DNA of 59,152 nucleotides from Chloroflexota bacterium (GTDB lineage Bacteria; Chloroflexota; Dehalococcoidia; JACPQK01): NCBI GenBank assembly GCA_016190505.1, contig JACPQM010000021.1, positions 1 to 59,152 of the forward strand, read 5' to 3'. Shown piece by piece: positions 26,989 to 36,038 of this stretch (position 1 is its first letter; each line of letters starts with the position of its first letter). The notes under the pieces were generated by a model. It saw only the letters and a program-made list of their open reading frames with translations, ran no database searches and was not told where the DNA came from. The position numbers and the translations under genes were made by a program.

Positions 26989-27501
26989 ATGGTACAGCAT
27001 CAACTGTCCACGTTTTCCCAGGCCCTGGTCGCAGCCCTGGAGGACTGCGGGGCCACCCACGTCGTGTCGCTGCCCTCCACCGAGACCAGCGGCCTCTACG
27101 AGGTGCTGGCCCAGTCCAGGCTGCGCCTGGTCCCGGTGTGCCGGGAGGGCGAGGCCATCGGCATCGCCGCCGGGCTGTACTGCGGGGGACAGAAGCCCGT
27201 GGTCATGGTGCAGAACACCGGCTTCATGGAGTCCGGTGACTCCGTGCGGGGTCTGGCCATCCCGTTGCGCATCCCTATGCCGCTCTACATCGGCTATCGA
27301 GGCTACAAGCCCGGCGGGCAGCCGATGACAGATACCGCCGGCATCTATCTGGAGCCCATTCTCAAGGCCTGGGGCATCAAGTACTACCTGGTGGGGCCGG
27401 ATGGTGACATCGGGCTTGTCCACACGGGCTTCCAGGAGGCTTGGGAGACCAACCGGCCGGTGGCCGTGCTGCTGGCCGCGGAACAGGAGACACTGACATG
27501 A
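26989..27501 (+). CDS. Split TPP-dependent 2-oxoacid decarboxylase, alpha subunit (sulfopyruvate/phosphonopyruvate decarboxylase ComD-like)
   Basis: 170 aa; TPP N-terminal (pyrimidine-binding) domain; stop overlaps the next start. Confidence 0.72.
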   Translation: MVQHQLSTFSQALVAALEDCGATHVVSLPSTETSGLYEVLAQSRLRLVPVCREGEAIGIAAGLYCGGQKPVVMVQNTGFMESGDSVRGLAIPLRIPMPLYIGYRGYKPGGQPMTDTAGIYLEPILKAWGIKYYLVGPDGDIGLVHTGFQEAWETNRPVAVLLAAEQETLT

Positions 27502-28067
27502 TGAACACCCTGGACGCCCTTAAGGTTCTGGCCCAGCACCGCAAGAACGAGGTGGTGATCGCCGCCATGACCTCGAACCAGGCGTGGCAGATGATCTCCT
27601 CGCACGAGCTTGACCTTCCCCTGAGTGGCTGCATGGGCAAGGCCTCTTCCCTGGGCCTGGGGCTGGCGCTGGCTCGCCCCGACATCCAGGTCTGGGTCGT
27701 GGACGGGGATGGCAGCCTGCTCAACAACCTGGGAACCCTGGTGACCATCGGCAACCTGGGCCCGCCTAACCTGGTCCACTTCGTACTGCACAACGGCGTC
27801 TACCAGGTGAGCGGAGGCCAGCCCCTTCCTGGGGAAGGCAAATTCACCTTTTGCGACCTGGCGCGGGCTGCGGGCTATGCCAGCACCCACGTCGTTGACG
27901 CCCTGGAAGATCTCGAAACGCGGCTGCCGGCCATGCTCAGCGCTCCGAGGCCAGCCCTGGTCTGCCTCGACGTCAAGCCCAGCAAGGAGCGGATAAGCTC
28001 GTCCATGGCGTCCACGGCCAAGGCCCTGCCCCGCGTCAAGGCCATCCTGGAACGGTCCGTTTCGTAG
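27498..28067 (+). CDS. Split TPP-dependent 2-oxoacid decarboxylase, beta subunit (ComE-like)
   Basis: Start at 'MMNTLDAL' (27498); TPP-binding motif 'GDGSLLNNLGTLVTIGN'. Confidence 0.72.
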   Translation: MMNTLDALKVLAQHRKNEVVIAAMTSNQAWQMISSHELDLPLSGCMGKASSLGLGLALARPDIQVWVVDGDGSLLNNLGTLVTIGNLGPPNLVHFVLHNGVYQVSGGQPLPGEGKFTFCDLARAAGYASTHVVDALEDLETRLPAMLSAPRPALVCLDVKPSKERISSSMASTAKALPRVKAILERSVS

Positions 28068-28091
28068 GGGCGGTCCCTTCGGGACCCCTAC
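28064..28091. repeat. REP hairpin 'gtaggggcggtcccttcgggacccctac'
   Basis: Palindrome between the decarboxylase and the AOR. Confidence 0.5.
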
Positions 28092-28116
28092 TAGCATAGT
28101 TTTGAGGAGGAAATAG

Positions 28117-29985
28117 ATGGCAGTCGGCGGTTATGCTGGCAAGATGCTGCGGGTGGACCTTTCGTCGGGCACCTTTTCCGACGTCACGTTCCCCGAAGAG
28201 ACCCTGCGCAAGTACATCGGGGGCACTGGCATCGGCGTGCGCATCCTCTATGACGAGGTCCCACCCTCGCTAAGCTGGGACCACCCCGACAACCGCTTCA
28301 TCCTGGCCACGGGGCCGTTGGGCGGCACCCGGGTCAAGGGATCGGGGACCATCTCCATTGTCACCAAGGGGGCCATGACCAATGGCTGCACCTCGACCCA
28401 GGGCAACGGCTTCCTGGGGGCGTACCTCAAGTTCTGCGGCTACGACGGCCTGATCATTCAGGGCCAGGCGCCGCACCTGATGTACCTGGCCATCACCGAC
28501 AAGGGGCCTGAGCTGCGCGACGCCCGCCACCTGGCCGGGAAGGACACCTGGGAGCAGGAGGACCTGATCAAGGCGGAGCTGGGCTTCACCGAGCACCAGA
28601 TGAGCGTGCACGGCATCGGCCCCGCCGGGGAGAACCTGGTCCGCTTCGCCGGTGTCATCGGCGACCGGGGCCACGCCGCCGCCCACAACGGCTCGGGGGC
28701 GGTGCTCGGTGCTAAGCGGCTCAAGGCCATCGCCGTAGCCCGGGGCAAGAAGCGCCTGGCGGTGCGGGACGCCCCCCACCTGGTCCAGGCCTCGGACGAG
28801 ATGTTCGAGACCATCAAGAACCACCCCATGTGGAGCCGCGTGTACAACTACGGCATGCTGTGGGGGCTTACCGAGGGCAAGGCCACCAAGACCCAGGTGG
28901 TCAAGAACTACACCACCAACATCGTTACCACGGACGACGAGAAGATCAAGAAGTTCGAGGGCCCCTACATCCGCGAGCACTACCAGCCCAAGCCCCACAA
29001 CTGCTGGGCCTGCCAGATGCACCACTGCCACCTCATTACCATCACCGAGGGCCCCTACAAGGGCTTCGTGGGTGAGGAGCCTGAGGCCGAGGGCCTGTCC
29101 GCCTTTGGCCCCCTCATCGGCAACGAGGACGGCGCGGGCATGATCGTGCTCAACAACGAGGTGGACCGCCTGGGCATGGACATCAACGAGGCGGGCTGGA
29201 TTATCGCCGGCACCATGGAGATGTACGAGCGGGGCCTGCTCACCCTGGAGGACACCGACGGCCTGGAGCTGCGCTGGGGGAACGTGGAGGCGGTACGCGG
29301 GCTAATCCGCAAGATAGCCCACCGCCAGGGTATCGGCAACATCCTGGCCGAGGGGGCCAAGCGCGCCTCGGAGAAGCTGGGCAAGGAAGCCAGGGAGATA
29401 TTCATCTACACCATGAAGGGGAACTCGCCGCGCACCCACGACCACCGGGTGCGCTGGATCGAGATGATGGAGAGCTGCATCTCCAACACCGGCACGCTGG
29501 AGGCGGACGTTATGTCAAACCCCGCCCAACTCGGGGTCGAGCCTATCAAGGACGCCTTCAACGGGGAGCAGGTGTCCACCGTCCTGGCCAAGATCCGCGG
29601 CGGCTTCACGGTGGTTGACTCCCTGGGCATCTGCAAGTTCACCAACCGCGAGGTGCCCGCCCTCATCGTCCGCATGCTGAATGCCGGCACAGGCTGGGAC
29701 TTCACCTGGGACGAGGCCATGCAGATGGGCCGCCGGGTGGTCAACCTGATGCGGGCCTACAACATCCAGTGCGGCCTCGGCCCGGCCGTGGAGGGCCCCG
29801 GCCCCCGCTACGGCTCCACGCCCACCGATGGCGCGGCCCAGGGGAAGAGCATCCGCCCCGTATGGCCGGACATGGTCCGCAACTTCCACCAGCTTATGGG
29901 CTGGGACCCGGCCACCGGCAAGCCCACCAAAGAGACCCTGACCAAGCTGGGCCTGGAGGAGGTCATCCCCACGCTGTGGGGATAG
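28117..29985 (+). CDS. aor: Tungsten-containing aldehyde:ferredoxin oxidoreductase (AOR family)
   Basis: 622 aa; AOR N-terminal 'YAGKMLRVDLSSG', 'GGTGIGVRILYDEV'; colinear with the AOR family throughout. Confidence 0.9.
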   Translation: MAVGGYAGKMLRVDLSSGTFSDVTFPEETLRKYIGGTGIGVRILYDEVPPSLSWDHPDNRFILATGPLGGTRVKGSGTISIVTKGAMTNGCTSTQGNGFLGAYLKFCGYDGLIIQGQAPHLMYLAITDKGPELRDARHLAGKDTWEQEDLIKAELGFTEHQMSVHGIGPAGENLVRFAGVIGDRGHAAAHNGSGAVLGAKRLKAIAVARGKKRLAVRDAPHLVQASDEMFETIKNHPMWSRVYNYGMLWGLTEGKATKTQVVKNYTTNIVTTDDEKIKKFEGPYIREHYQPKPHNCWACQMHHCHLITITEGPYKGFVGEEPEAEGLSAFGPLIGNEDGAGMIVLNNEVDRLGMDINEAGWIIAGTMEMYERGLLTLEDTDGLELRWGNVEAVRGLIRKIAHRQGIGNILAEGAKRASEKLGKEAREIFIYTMKGNSPRTHDHRVRWIEMMESCISNTGTLEADVMSNPAQLGVEPIKDAFNGEQVSTVLAKIRGGFTVVDSLGICKFTNREVPALIVRMLNAGTGWDFTWDEAMQMGRRVVNLMRAYNIQCGLGPAVEGPGPRYGSTPTDGAAQGKSIRPVWPDMVRNFHQLMGWDPATGKPTKETLTKLGLEEVIPTLWG

Positions 29986-29989
29986 GGCG

Positions 29990-30150
29990 TACGGGGCGCG
30001 ATTAATCGCACCCCTACGGCTTGTCACCCCCGCCCTGTGGGGATAGAACCGTAGGGCGAGGCGCTGCCTCGCCCAGGGTGGGGGCACCGGCCGCACGCAA
30101 ATCAACAACACGTAGGGGGCGGGTTTCAAACCCGCCCCTGGTGTCGGGCC
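29990..30150. repeat. Cluster of 3-4 REP-like hairpins (gtacggggcgcgattaatcgcacccctac; gtagggcgaggcgctgcctcgccc; gtagggggcgggtttcaaacccgcccc)
   Basis: Consecutive GC-rich palindromes at the AOR 3-prime end / islet boundary. Confidence 0.6.
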
Positions 30151-30160
30151 TATCGCGATC

Positions 30161-30796
30161 TCAGGGATACAGGTACTTCGCGCCGTTATGGTCGTCGGTA
30201 ACGGTGTACAGCTTGCATGTGTAGTTGGGCCACATCACGGCTTCGGGATGACCGTCTGGGAAGTCATCGAGAGATAGCCAATGCCCATCTTCGTGAGTGG
30301 CCATTACACGGGCATCTGCCTGATGGTTAAACTGATTCAAGTAACAGTCCCGTCTCCAGGTCCACTCTGAGTTGAGATAAGATACACCCCAATTAAGGTA
30401 CCCTGTGCTGGCATCCCAATTCAAAACCGTGGTGCCCGGGATATGGGGATTTAGCCCCCTCTGCCCGAATGGGATGCCTGACCACCACACATCATGACCG
30501 CTGGCGACCTCGTCTACATTCAAGCTGGCGCCAGTTGTGATGTCGTCCCATTGCATGGCGGAGTTGCGAAGATCCTGGCGCGTTTCAGGCGGGAAAACAC
30601 CCAGGTAGGACTGCCCATCCTGGAAATCCCCATTCCATTTGATTTGAAGCTTATTCCACTTGATCTCATTGCCGTCCTTTATTGTCACCTTGTAGGCCCG
30701 GGCGACTTGAGACCCCAACACCAAGACGCTTGAATATGCCAGGGCAAATACGGACAACCCTATTGCCAGCCTAGTTACAAGTGACGTACTTCTCAT
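30161..30796 (-). CDS. Secreted zinc metalloprotease, metzincin-like (HExxHxxxxxD plus Met-turn)
   Basis: Start at 'MRSTSLVTRLAIGL...' (SD 'gaggagg' upstream); 'ATHEDGHWLSLDDFPDGHPEAVMWP'; low-GC gene. Confidence 0.58.
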   Translation of the reverse strand: MRSTSLVTRLAIGLSVFALAYSSVLVLGSQVARAYKVTIKDGNEIKWNKLQIKWNGDFQDGQSYLGVFPPETRQDLRNSAMQWDDITTGASLNVDEVASGHDVWWSGIPFGQRGLNPHIPGTTVLNWDASTGYLNWGVSYLNSEWTWRRDCYLNQFNHQADARVMATHEDGHWLSLDDFPDGHPEAVMWPNYTCKLYTVTDDHNGAKYLYP

Positions 30797-30852
30797 GGTA
30801 GTCCGCACCTCCTCGAACCGATTGTTATCTGCCCCCGGCACCTACTGGTGCA

Positions 30853-31482
30853 TTACTTCAACTGCGCTATCAGGTCTGCCAAAGGCACGTCAAACATAGG
30901 GCCGTGAGCCACTTCGCCGTCAACAACGTACGTTAGAGCAGGGTACAGGCGAGAGGGGGGGTTGGAGAATCGCGGCAGTTCTTCTAAGAAGAGGAGCACT
31001 CTTACGCCAGGCTTCAAGGGGTCGAGGTCGCTAGTCGTGACGACAGTACCGTCAGCACGGCCTCCGTAGACAGAGATAACAAGGCTGTCTCCAACTCGAT
31101 CGCCCTTCAACACACGCTCGACAGACATGCGGATTGGAGTGCGAATATGGGCACTGGCCTTCTCGAAGGCGTCGCGGACATCTGCGGGCTGGCTGCCATC
31201 AGGCGTCGTCCACGTCGCCGGGAGCACTTCACGCACCACGGCCACCGCTACAATCACGGCGTCTTGGGCTGCTGATTTGACTTCAACACCGTCTTTAGGC
31301 TGCCACGGGTATGAGAATACCCCCGTCATGCTCCCGATTGATGTTGCCCCTGCCCCGGCTCCATGCGTGCTGGTCGAGGCACGAAGCACGTAGTAAGCAT
31401 AGTAAGTGGAGCCCGCTATCAGCAGCGCCGAAACCAGCGCTACCAAGACCAACGACCTATTGTTTGGTATTACCTTAGCCAC
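30853..31482 (-). CDS. Hypothetical membrane-anchored secreted protein
   Basis: 209 aa; N-terminal TM; low GC; co-directional with the metzincin. Confidence 0.42.
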   Translation of the reverse strand: MAKVIPNNRSLVLVALVSALLIAGSTYYAYYVLRASTSTHGAGAGATSIGSMTGVFSYPWQPKDGVEVKSAAQDAVIVAVAVVREVLPATWTTPDGSQPADVRDAFEKASAHIRTPIRMSVERVLKGDRVGDSLVISVYGGRADGTVVTTSDLDPLKPGVRVLLFLEELPRFSNPPSRLYPALTYVVDGEVAHGPMFDVPLADLIAQLK

Positions 31483-31781
31483 TATTCACCTCCCACCGAC
31501 TAAAGGGACATCTCCACCCACCGTCGGGTCCACCTGTGAACAGCACGATAATACCCCCCACCGGAGACACATGCCAATCCGGTAATATGCTTAATTGGCA
31601 TGCAGCTTTTGCGTACGCATGGTGTTTGTCCCAAGACGCCCGTTGGGCGATGGCGGCGGTTGCGATGGGGCCAACATGGAACAACCACCAGACCGGGAAT
31701 GAGTAGGGCCTGGTTTCAAAACCCGCCCCTACGCCCGTGCGTCCGCCACCGGGCGGGCACAGGCGTAACCGGCGTCGTCCG

Positions 31782-32095
31782 CATGCTGAATGCCGGCACG
31801 GGCTGGGACTTCACCTGGGACGAGGCCATGCAGATGGGCCGCCGGGTAGTCAACCTGATGCGGGCCTACAACATCCAGTGCGGGCTAGGGCCGGAGGTGG
31901 AGGCCCCTGGGCCGCGCTATGGCTCGACGCCCACCGATGGCGCGGCCCAGGGGAAGAGCATCCGCCCCGTATGGCCGGACATGGTCCGCAACTTCCACCA
32001 GCTTATGGGCTGGGACCTCGCCACCGGCAAGCCCCTCCCGGAGACCCTGAAGGGCCTGGGCCTGGAGGAGGTCATCCCCACGTTGTGGGGACAGA
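31782..32095 (+). pseudogene. Duplicated 3-prime fragment of the AOR gene (~92% identical to 29670-29985)
   Basis: Encodes 'RMLNAGTGWDFTWDEAMQMGRRVVNLMRAYNIQCGLGPEVEAPGPRYGSTPTDGAAQGKSIRPVWPDMVRNFHQLMGWDLATGKPLPETLKGLGLEEVIPTLWG', versus the AOR C-terminus '...PAVEGPGPRYG...DPATGKPTKETLTKLGLEEVIPTLWG'. No start codon; lacks the N-terminal 500 aa. Confidence 0.8.
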
Positions 32096-32250
32096 ACCGT
32101 AGGGGCGAGGCGCTGCCTCGCCCTGGGGTTGGGCCAAGGCCAGCCCTGGCGGACAACCCGTAGGGGCGGGGTTACCCCCCGGTTCTTTTTCGACAAACCT
32201 CTTGCGCATCTGGACAACCCGTAGGGGCGGGGTTACCCCGCCCCTACGCT
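32095..32250. repeat. REP cluster (gtaggggcgaggcgctgcctcgccc; gtaggggcggggttacccc; gtaggggcggggttaccccgcccctac)
   Basis: Same family as 29990-30150; bounds the far side of the islet/duplication. Confidence 0.55.
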
Positions 32251-32859
32251 TGTTGGTATAATCAAGGTAGTCACCAAGGCACGAGGGACCATCTCCTGCT
32301 AAGGACTATCCGTATTGAGGCTGTGGGCAAGCGCTTACATAGTCGTTATCCTGGCGGGCCTGCTGGGGCCGGTCTATAACCATCACTTTGCCGAACGGCA
32401 GCCCTTCCATGGGCACCTCTACATCGTTCATGCTGTTGTACCCCATGCTCACCAATATGAAGCGCTTCATGTCCACGGCGCTTCTCAGGACCAACGCGGC
32501 GCAACCCACGAAAGCTGCGCGCTTCTTCCCTCGGACGGGGCGGCGGTCGCAGACTCGGCGCTTGTAAACGCATCTCCATTGCAGGCAAGCTCTTTGGCTG
32601 TCCATCCAGGCGGAGGCAGCCTCAACCTGGTCACTACGCCAGGAGACAGTCTACCCTCTGACACCTCCGTCGCGCCTCTGAAGCCGCCTCCTCGCTTAGC
32701 CCTCTAACCCCACCGCTGCCCACGCGGTAGCCCCTGGAGGGATCGCGCTCGCCAAGAGCACGTTGTCCCTTTAAAGATAGTTTCGAGGTCCCGACTTGTC
32801 GGGACTCAACCCCGTTTGCAGATAGACGGAGTTGACACTGTTATGCAAGAGGAGGAATC

Positions 32860-33540
32860 ATGCGACACCGTATTCTTAGGCCACTACTTGCCACCGTCAT
32901 GGCGGTAGTGGCCCTTTCGCTTTTCCTGCCGGCCTCAGCCCTGGCCCACGAGTCGCGCGACAAGGGCGAATTCCGGCTTACCGTGGGTTTCATCGTTGAG
33001 CCTGCCTTTGAGGGGCAAAAGAACGGAGTGGACCTGCGGGTAATGCACGTTCACAAAGAGGGAGACAAAGAGACGCTTGAACCGGTGGAAGGGCTGGAGA
33101 AGACCCTTCAGGTGGAGATTACCCATGTGGCCAGCAACACCTCGAAGGTATTCGCCTTGCGCACCATCTTCCGGGACCCCGGCCACTACACCAATGACCT
33201 GATCTTCACGGCGCCGGGCGTCTACCGTTTTCGCTTCTTTGGCACTATCGAGGGGACCCAGATAAACGAGGCCTTTGCCTCACGGGGTGAAGGCGGCAAT
33301 TTCAACGATATGCAGTCCACGGCAGACCTCCAGTTCCCTGAACGGCTGCCGGAGCTCCGCGAGATCTCCAGCGCCACGAAGGGCGCCCAAGCTGCGGTCC
33401 AGCAGGCCCAGGACACCGCCACGCAGGCCAAGGATGGCATCTCGTCTGCCAAGACGCTGGCCATTGTGGGTATTGTCGTGGGCGCTATCGGCGTCGCCTC
33501 GGGCTTGGGGGCCATGCTGAGGGCAGGAGGCAAGCGGTAG
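32860..33540 (+). CDS. Secreted YcnI-like (DUF1775-type) putative copper-binding protein with C-terminal TM anchor
   Basis: Signal peptide 'ASALA|HESRD' places a His at mature position 1; beta-rich domain; Ala/Gln-rich linker; C-terminal TM 'LAIVGIVVGAIGVASGLGAMLRAGGKR'. Directly upstream of the CopCD fusion, as in ycnI-ycnJ. Confidence 0.45.
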   Translation: MRHRILRPLLATVMAVVALSLFLPASALAHESRDKGEFRLTVGFIVEPAFEGQKNGVDLRVMHVHKEGDKETLEPVEGLEKTLQVEITHVASNTSKVFALRTIFRDPGHYTNDLIFTAPGVYRFRFFGTIEGTQINEAFASRGEGGNFNDMQSTADLQFPERLPELREISSATKGAQAAVQQAQDTATQAKDGISSAKTLAIVGIVVGAIGVASGLGAMLRAGGKR

Positions 33541-33645
33541 GCGGGCTGGCAACAAAGGGGCCCTCACACCAACCTCTCCCAGAGGGAGAGGGGAGAGTCT
33601 GGGGCAGAGAAAGGGGGACATTCCATTAGCAGGCTCGGACGCACT

Positions 33646-33861
33646 GTGAGGGGCTGGGACTTCTGGCCAAGAACGGGCGGGGCTACGTGCCCCGCCCGAG
33701 GCGGCCTGCTGTCCGGCTTGCCCAGCGTGGTGCGGCACGGCATATCCGGCTCCTCGGGCTGGGGGGACGAGCTTTTCACCTTCGGGTCCATCGTCGTCTT
33801 GATGGTCCTTCTGGGCCTTATGCTGTACCTGGGCCGGGGACGCAAGAAGGACGATAAATGA
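33646..33861 (+). CDS. Small single-TM protein translationally coupled (ATGA) to copCD
   Basis: 71 aa; 'FTFGSIVVLMVLLGLMLYLGRGRKKDDK'. Confidence 0.35.
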   Translation: MRGWDFWPRTGGATCPARGGLLSGLPSVVRHGISGSSGWGDELFTFGSIVVLMVLLGLMLYLGRGRKKDDK

Positions 33862-35858
33862 AACGGCAACCATATGCAGCGCGCACGGCTACGCGGGCGT
33901 TGCTCATCGTCGTGCTGGCCGTCAGCTTGCTCTGGCTGCTGCCAGCGGGGCTAGCCTATGCACACGCTAGCCTGGTGAGTGCTGACCCCGCGCCAAACTC
34001 GGCAGTCCAGCAAGCCCCAGAGCGGGTCACGGTGGGCTTTAGCGAGCCTCTGGAGGCGGGATTCAGCGACATTCGGGTGCTGGACGCCCAGGGCCGGCGG
34101 GTTGACCAGGGCGATAGCGCGGTGGACAGCCAGCGCCCCACGGTCATGTCGGTGACCCTGCAGCCCCTGCCCAATGGTACCTACACCGTGGTCTGGACCA
34201 CACTGTCAGCGGTGGACGGCCATTTGCTGCGGGGCTCCTACGTATTCCACGTGGGTGAGGCTGCACCGGGCCCACCGCCCGGTGAGCCGGCACCAAGTCA
34301 ACCAGTGGCCCAGCCTGGCGAGCCCCTGGTGCAATCGCGGCTGGAGCCGGTGGCCCGCTGGCTCGTCCTGCTGGGCGGCCTCGCCCTCCTGGGTGGCCTG
34401 GGCTTCGAGGTGCTAGTGCTCCGACCACCTCTGGCGGGAGCCGATGCCAGCAAAGCGGTCCGGCGCCTGCGCGCTCCGCTGTCCGCCCGGAGTGCGAGGC
34501 TTGTGTGGCTAGCCTGGGGGCTGTTCGTGGCCGCTTCGGTAGGCCAGCTGCTGGTCCAGGCGACGGTGGCCACCGGCCTTCCCCTACTGAAGGTGCTTGG
34601 TAGCCCCCTTGTCTCCATCCTGAGGAACACCACCTGGGGAGATGTGTGGACGTTGCGCATGGAATGGCTGGCGGTCACGGCCATCGTACTCATTATCAAG
34701 GCGACGTCCTCGCCCGGGGAGCAGGGGCAGAAACCCGCGCTGGCCCGCCTTTACGTGCACGCGCTTCCCATGCTCAGTGCTTCGGGCGCCCTGTTTACCC
34801 TGAGCTGGACCAGTCACGGGGCAGCAATACCGGAGTTGCGGTGGCAGGTCGTGCTCTCCGACTACCTTCATCTGCTGGCCGCCAGCTTCTGGGTAGGCGG
34901 GCTATTCCATCTCGCCCTGGGGCTACCCCTGGTCCTGCGTACGCTGCCCCAGCGGGAGAGGGGCGTCTTTCTGGCTGGGATAGTGCCCAGGTTCTCCGCC
35001 GTGGCCATACTCAGTGTGGGCACCCTGGTAGTCACCGGCCTCTACTCCGGTTGGGCCCAGGTCACCGTGTGGCGCGCGGTGGACACGCCGTACGGCCTCA
35101 CCCTGGTTGCCAAGGTGGGCCTACTGGTGCCTTTGATGGCGCTGGCCGCCCTCAACCTGCTTTGGGTGAGGCCTCGGCTGGCCGTGGAAAGTGCTGCGGG
35201 ACGGTGGCTGCTTCGGTTCGTCACTGGCGAGGCCCTCCTGGCCGTGGTGCTGTTGCTGTCGGTGGGCTTGCTTACCAGCCTGGAGCCGGCCCGGGAAGTG
35301 GCCTCGCGCCGGGTCCCCACCCAACCGCCGGGCTACTCTGCGCAAGATGTCGTGGACGGCACTGCCATATACTTGAAAGTCACGCCAGGCTGGTTGGGCA
35401 CCAACCGCTTTCTGGTCGCCCTCGAGGACCGGAGCGGGGACCCAATAGCCAACGCGGAGGATGTGGCCTTACGGCTAACCTATCTGGATGCTGATGTAGA
35501 ACCGACAGCCCTGTCGGCTGCCAACCTGACCAACGGACAGTACCTCATCGAGGGGGTCCAGGTCAGCATCGCCGGGGCGTGGGAGGCGGCCCTGACCATA
35601 CGCCGACCGGACGCCTTCGATACCAGGGCTGCCTTCCGTTTCAACATTGCCGCCAGTGGTGCCACACGCGCGTCCCCGATCGTGCTCTCACCTGACACCG
35701 GAAGGTTGCTTTGGGCGCTGGAGCTCGCCCTGCTGGGTCTTCTGTTCCTGGGGACCGGTGTCGTGATCGGTGGCAGGTCCAACCGAGGGGGCACCGTAGT
35801 TATGGCCGTGGGCGCTGCGGCAATCCTCATCGCCATGGCACTCCTTGCCAGCAGGTAA
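33858..35858 (+). CDS. CopC-CopD fusion copper uptake protein (YcnJ-like) with an additional C-terminal extracytoplasmic domain
   Basis: Signal peptide then 'HASLVSADPAPNS...' (CopC, N-terminal His); 8+ TM CopD domain; C-terminal ~180-aa beta domain plus final TM. Confidence 0.85.
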   Translation: MKRQPYAARTATRALLIVVLAVSLLWLLPAGLAYAHASLVSADPAPNSAVQQAPERVTVGFSEPLEAGFSDIRVLDAQGRRVDQGDSAVDSQRPTVMSVTLQPLPNGTYTVVWTTLSAVDGHLLRGSYVFHVGEAAPGPPPGEPAPSQPVAQPGEPLVQSRLEPVARWLVLLGGLALLGGLGFEVLVLRPPLAGADASKAVRRLRAPLSARSARLVWLAWGLFVAASVGQLLVQATVATGLPLLKVLGSPLVSILRNTTWGDVWTLRMEWLAVTAIVLIIKATSSPGEQGQKPALARLYVHALPMLSASGALFTLSWTSHGAAIPELRWQVVLSDYLHLLAASFWVGGLFHLALGLPLVLRTLPQRERGVFLAGIVPRFSAVAILSVGTLVVTGLYSGWAQVTVWRAVDTPYGLTLVAKVGLLVPLMALAALNLLWVRPRLAVESAAGRWLLRFVTGEALLAVVLLLSVGLLTSLEPAREVASRRVPTQPPGYSAQDVVDGTAIYLKVTPGWLGTNRFLVALEDRSGDPIANAEDVALRLTYLDADVEPTALSAANLTNGQYLIEGVQVSIAGAWEAALTIRRPDAFDTRAAFRFNIAASGATRASPIVLSPDTGRLLWALELALLGLLFLGTGVVIGGRSNRGGTVVMAVGAAAILIAMALLASR

Positions 35859-36038
35859 CTGGGTGACACAGGTGGCCCACGCCCCGCCCCAGCGGGTGGC
35901 CCGCCCAGTGCCCCATGATGGTGGCGAAGGCCAGCACCTCCGGGTGCACCAGCTCGGTGACTTTCAGGCGGGCAGCCCTCTCCACTTACGGAGAGGGCTG
36001 GGTGAGGTGGCGCGCCGGCCAACCAGCGCACGAAAGTG

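Noticed and set aside
30161-31780. Possibility that the low-GC islet encodes an integrase/recombinase
   Set aside because: Only two ORFs (a metzincin and a membrane-anchored hypothetical) fit. No recombinase motifs in any frame.
31600-32163. 187-aa ORF spanning the AOR fragment copy
   Set aside because: Only residues matching the AOR C-terminus are meaningful. The N-terminal part reads through REP sequence. Treated as a pseudogene fragment, not a gene.
32306-32707. Two overlapping small ORFs (99 aa on minus, 130 aa on plus) in the AT-rich stretch after the REP cluster
   Set aside because: No motifs, no clear SD, mutually exclusive. Possibly decayed islet sequence; insufficient support to call a gene.
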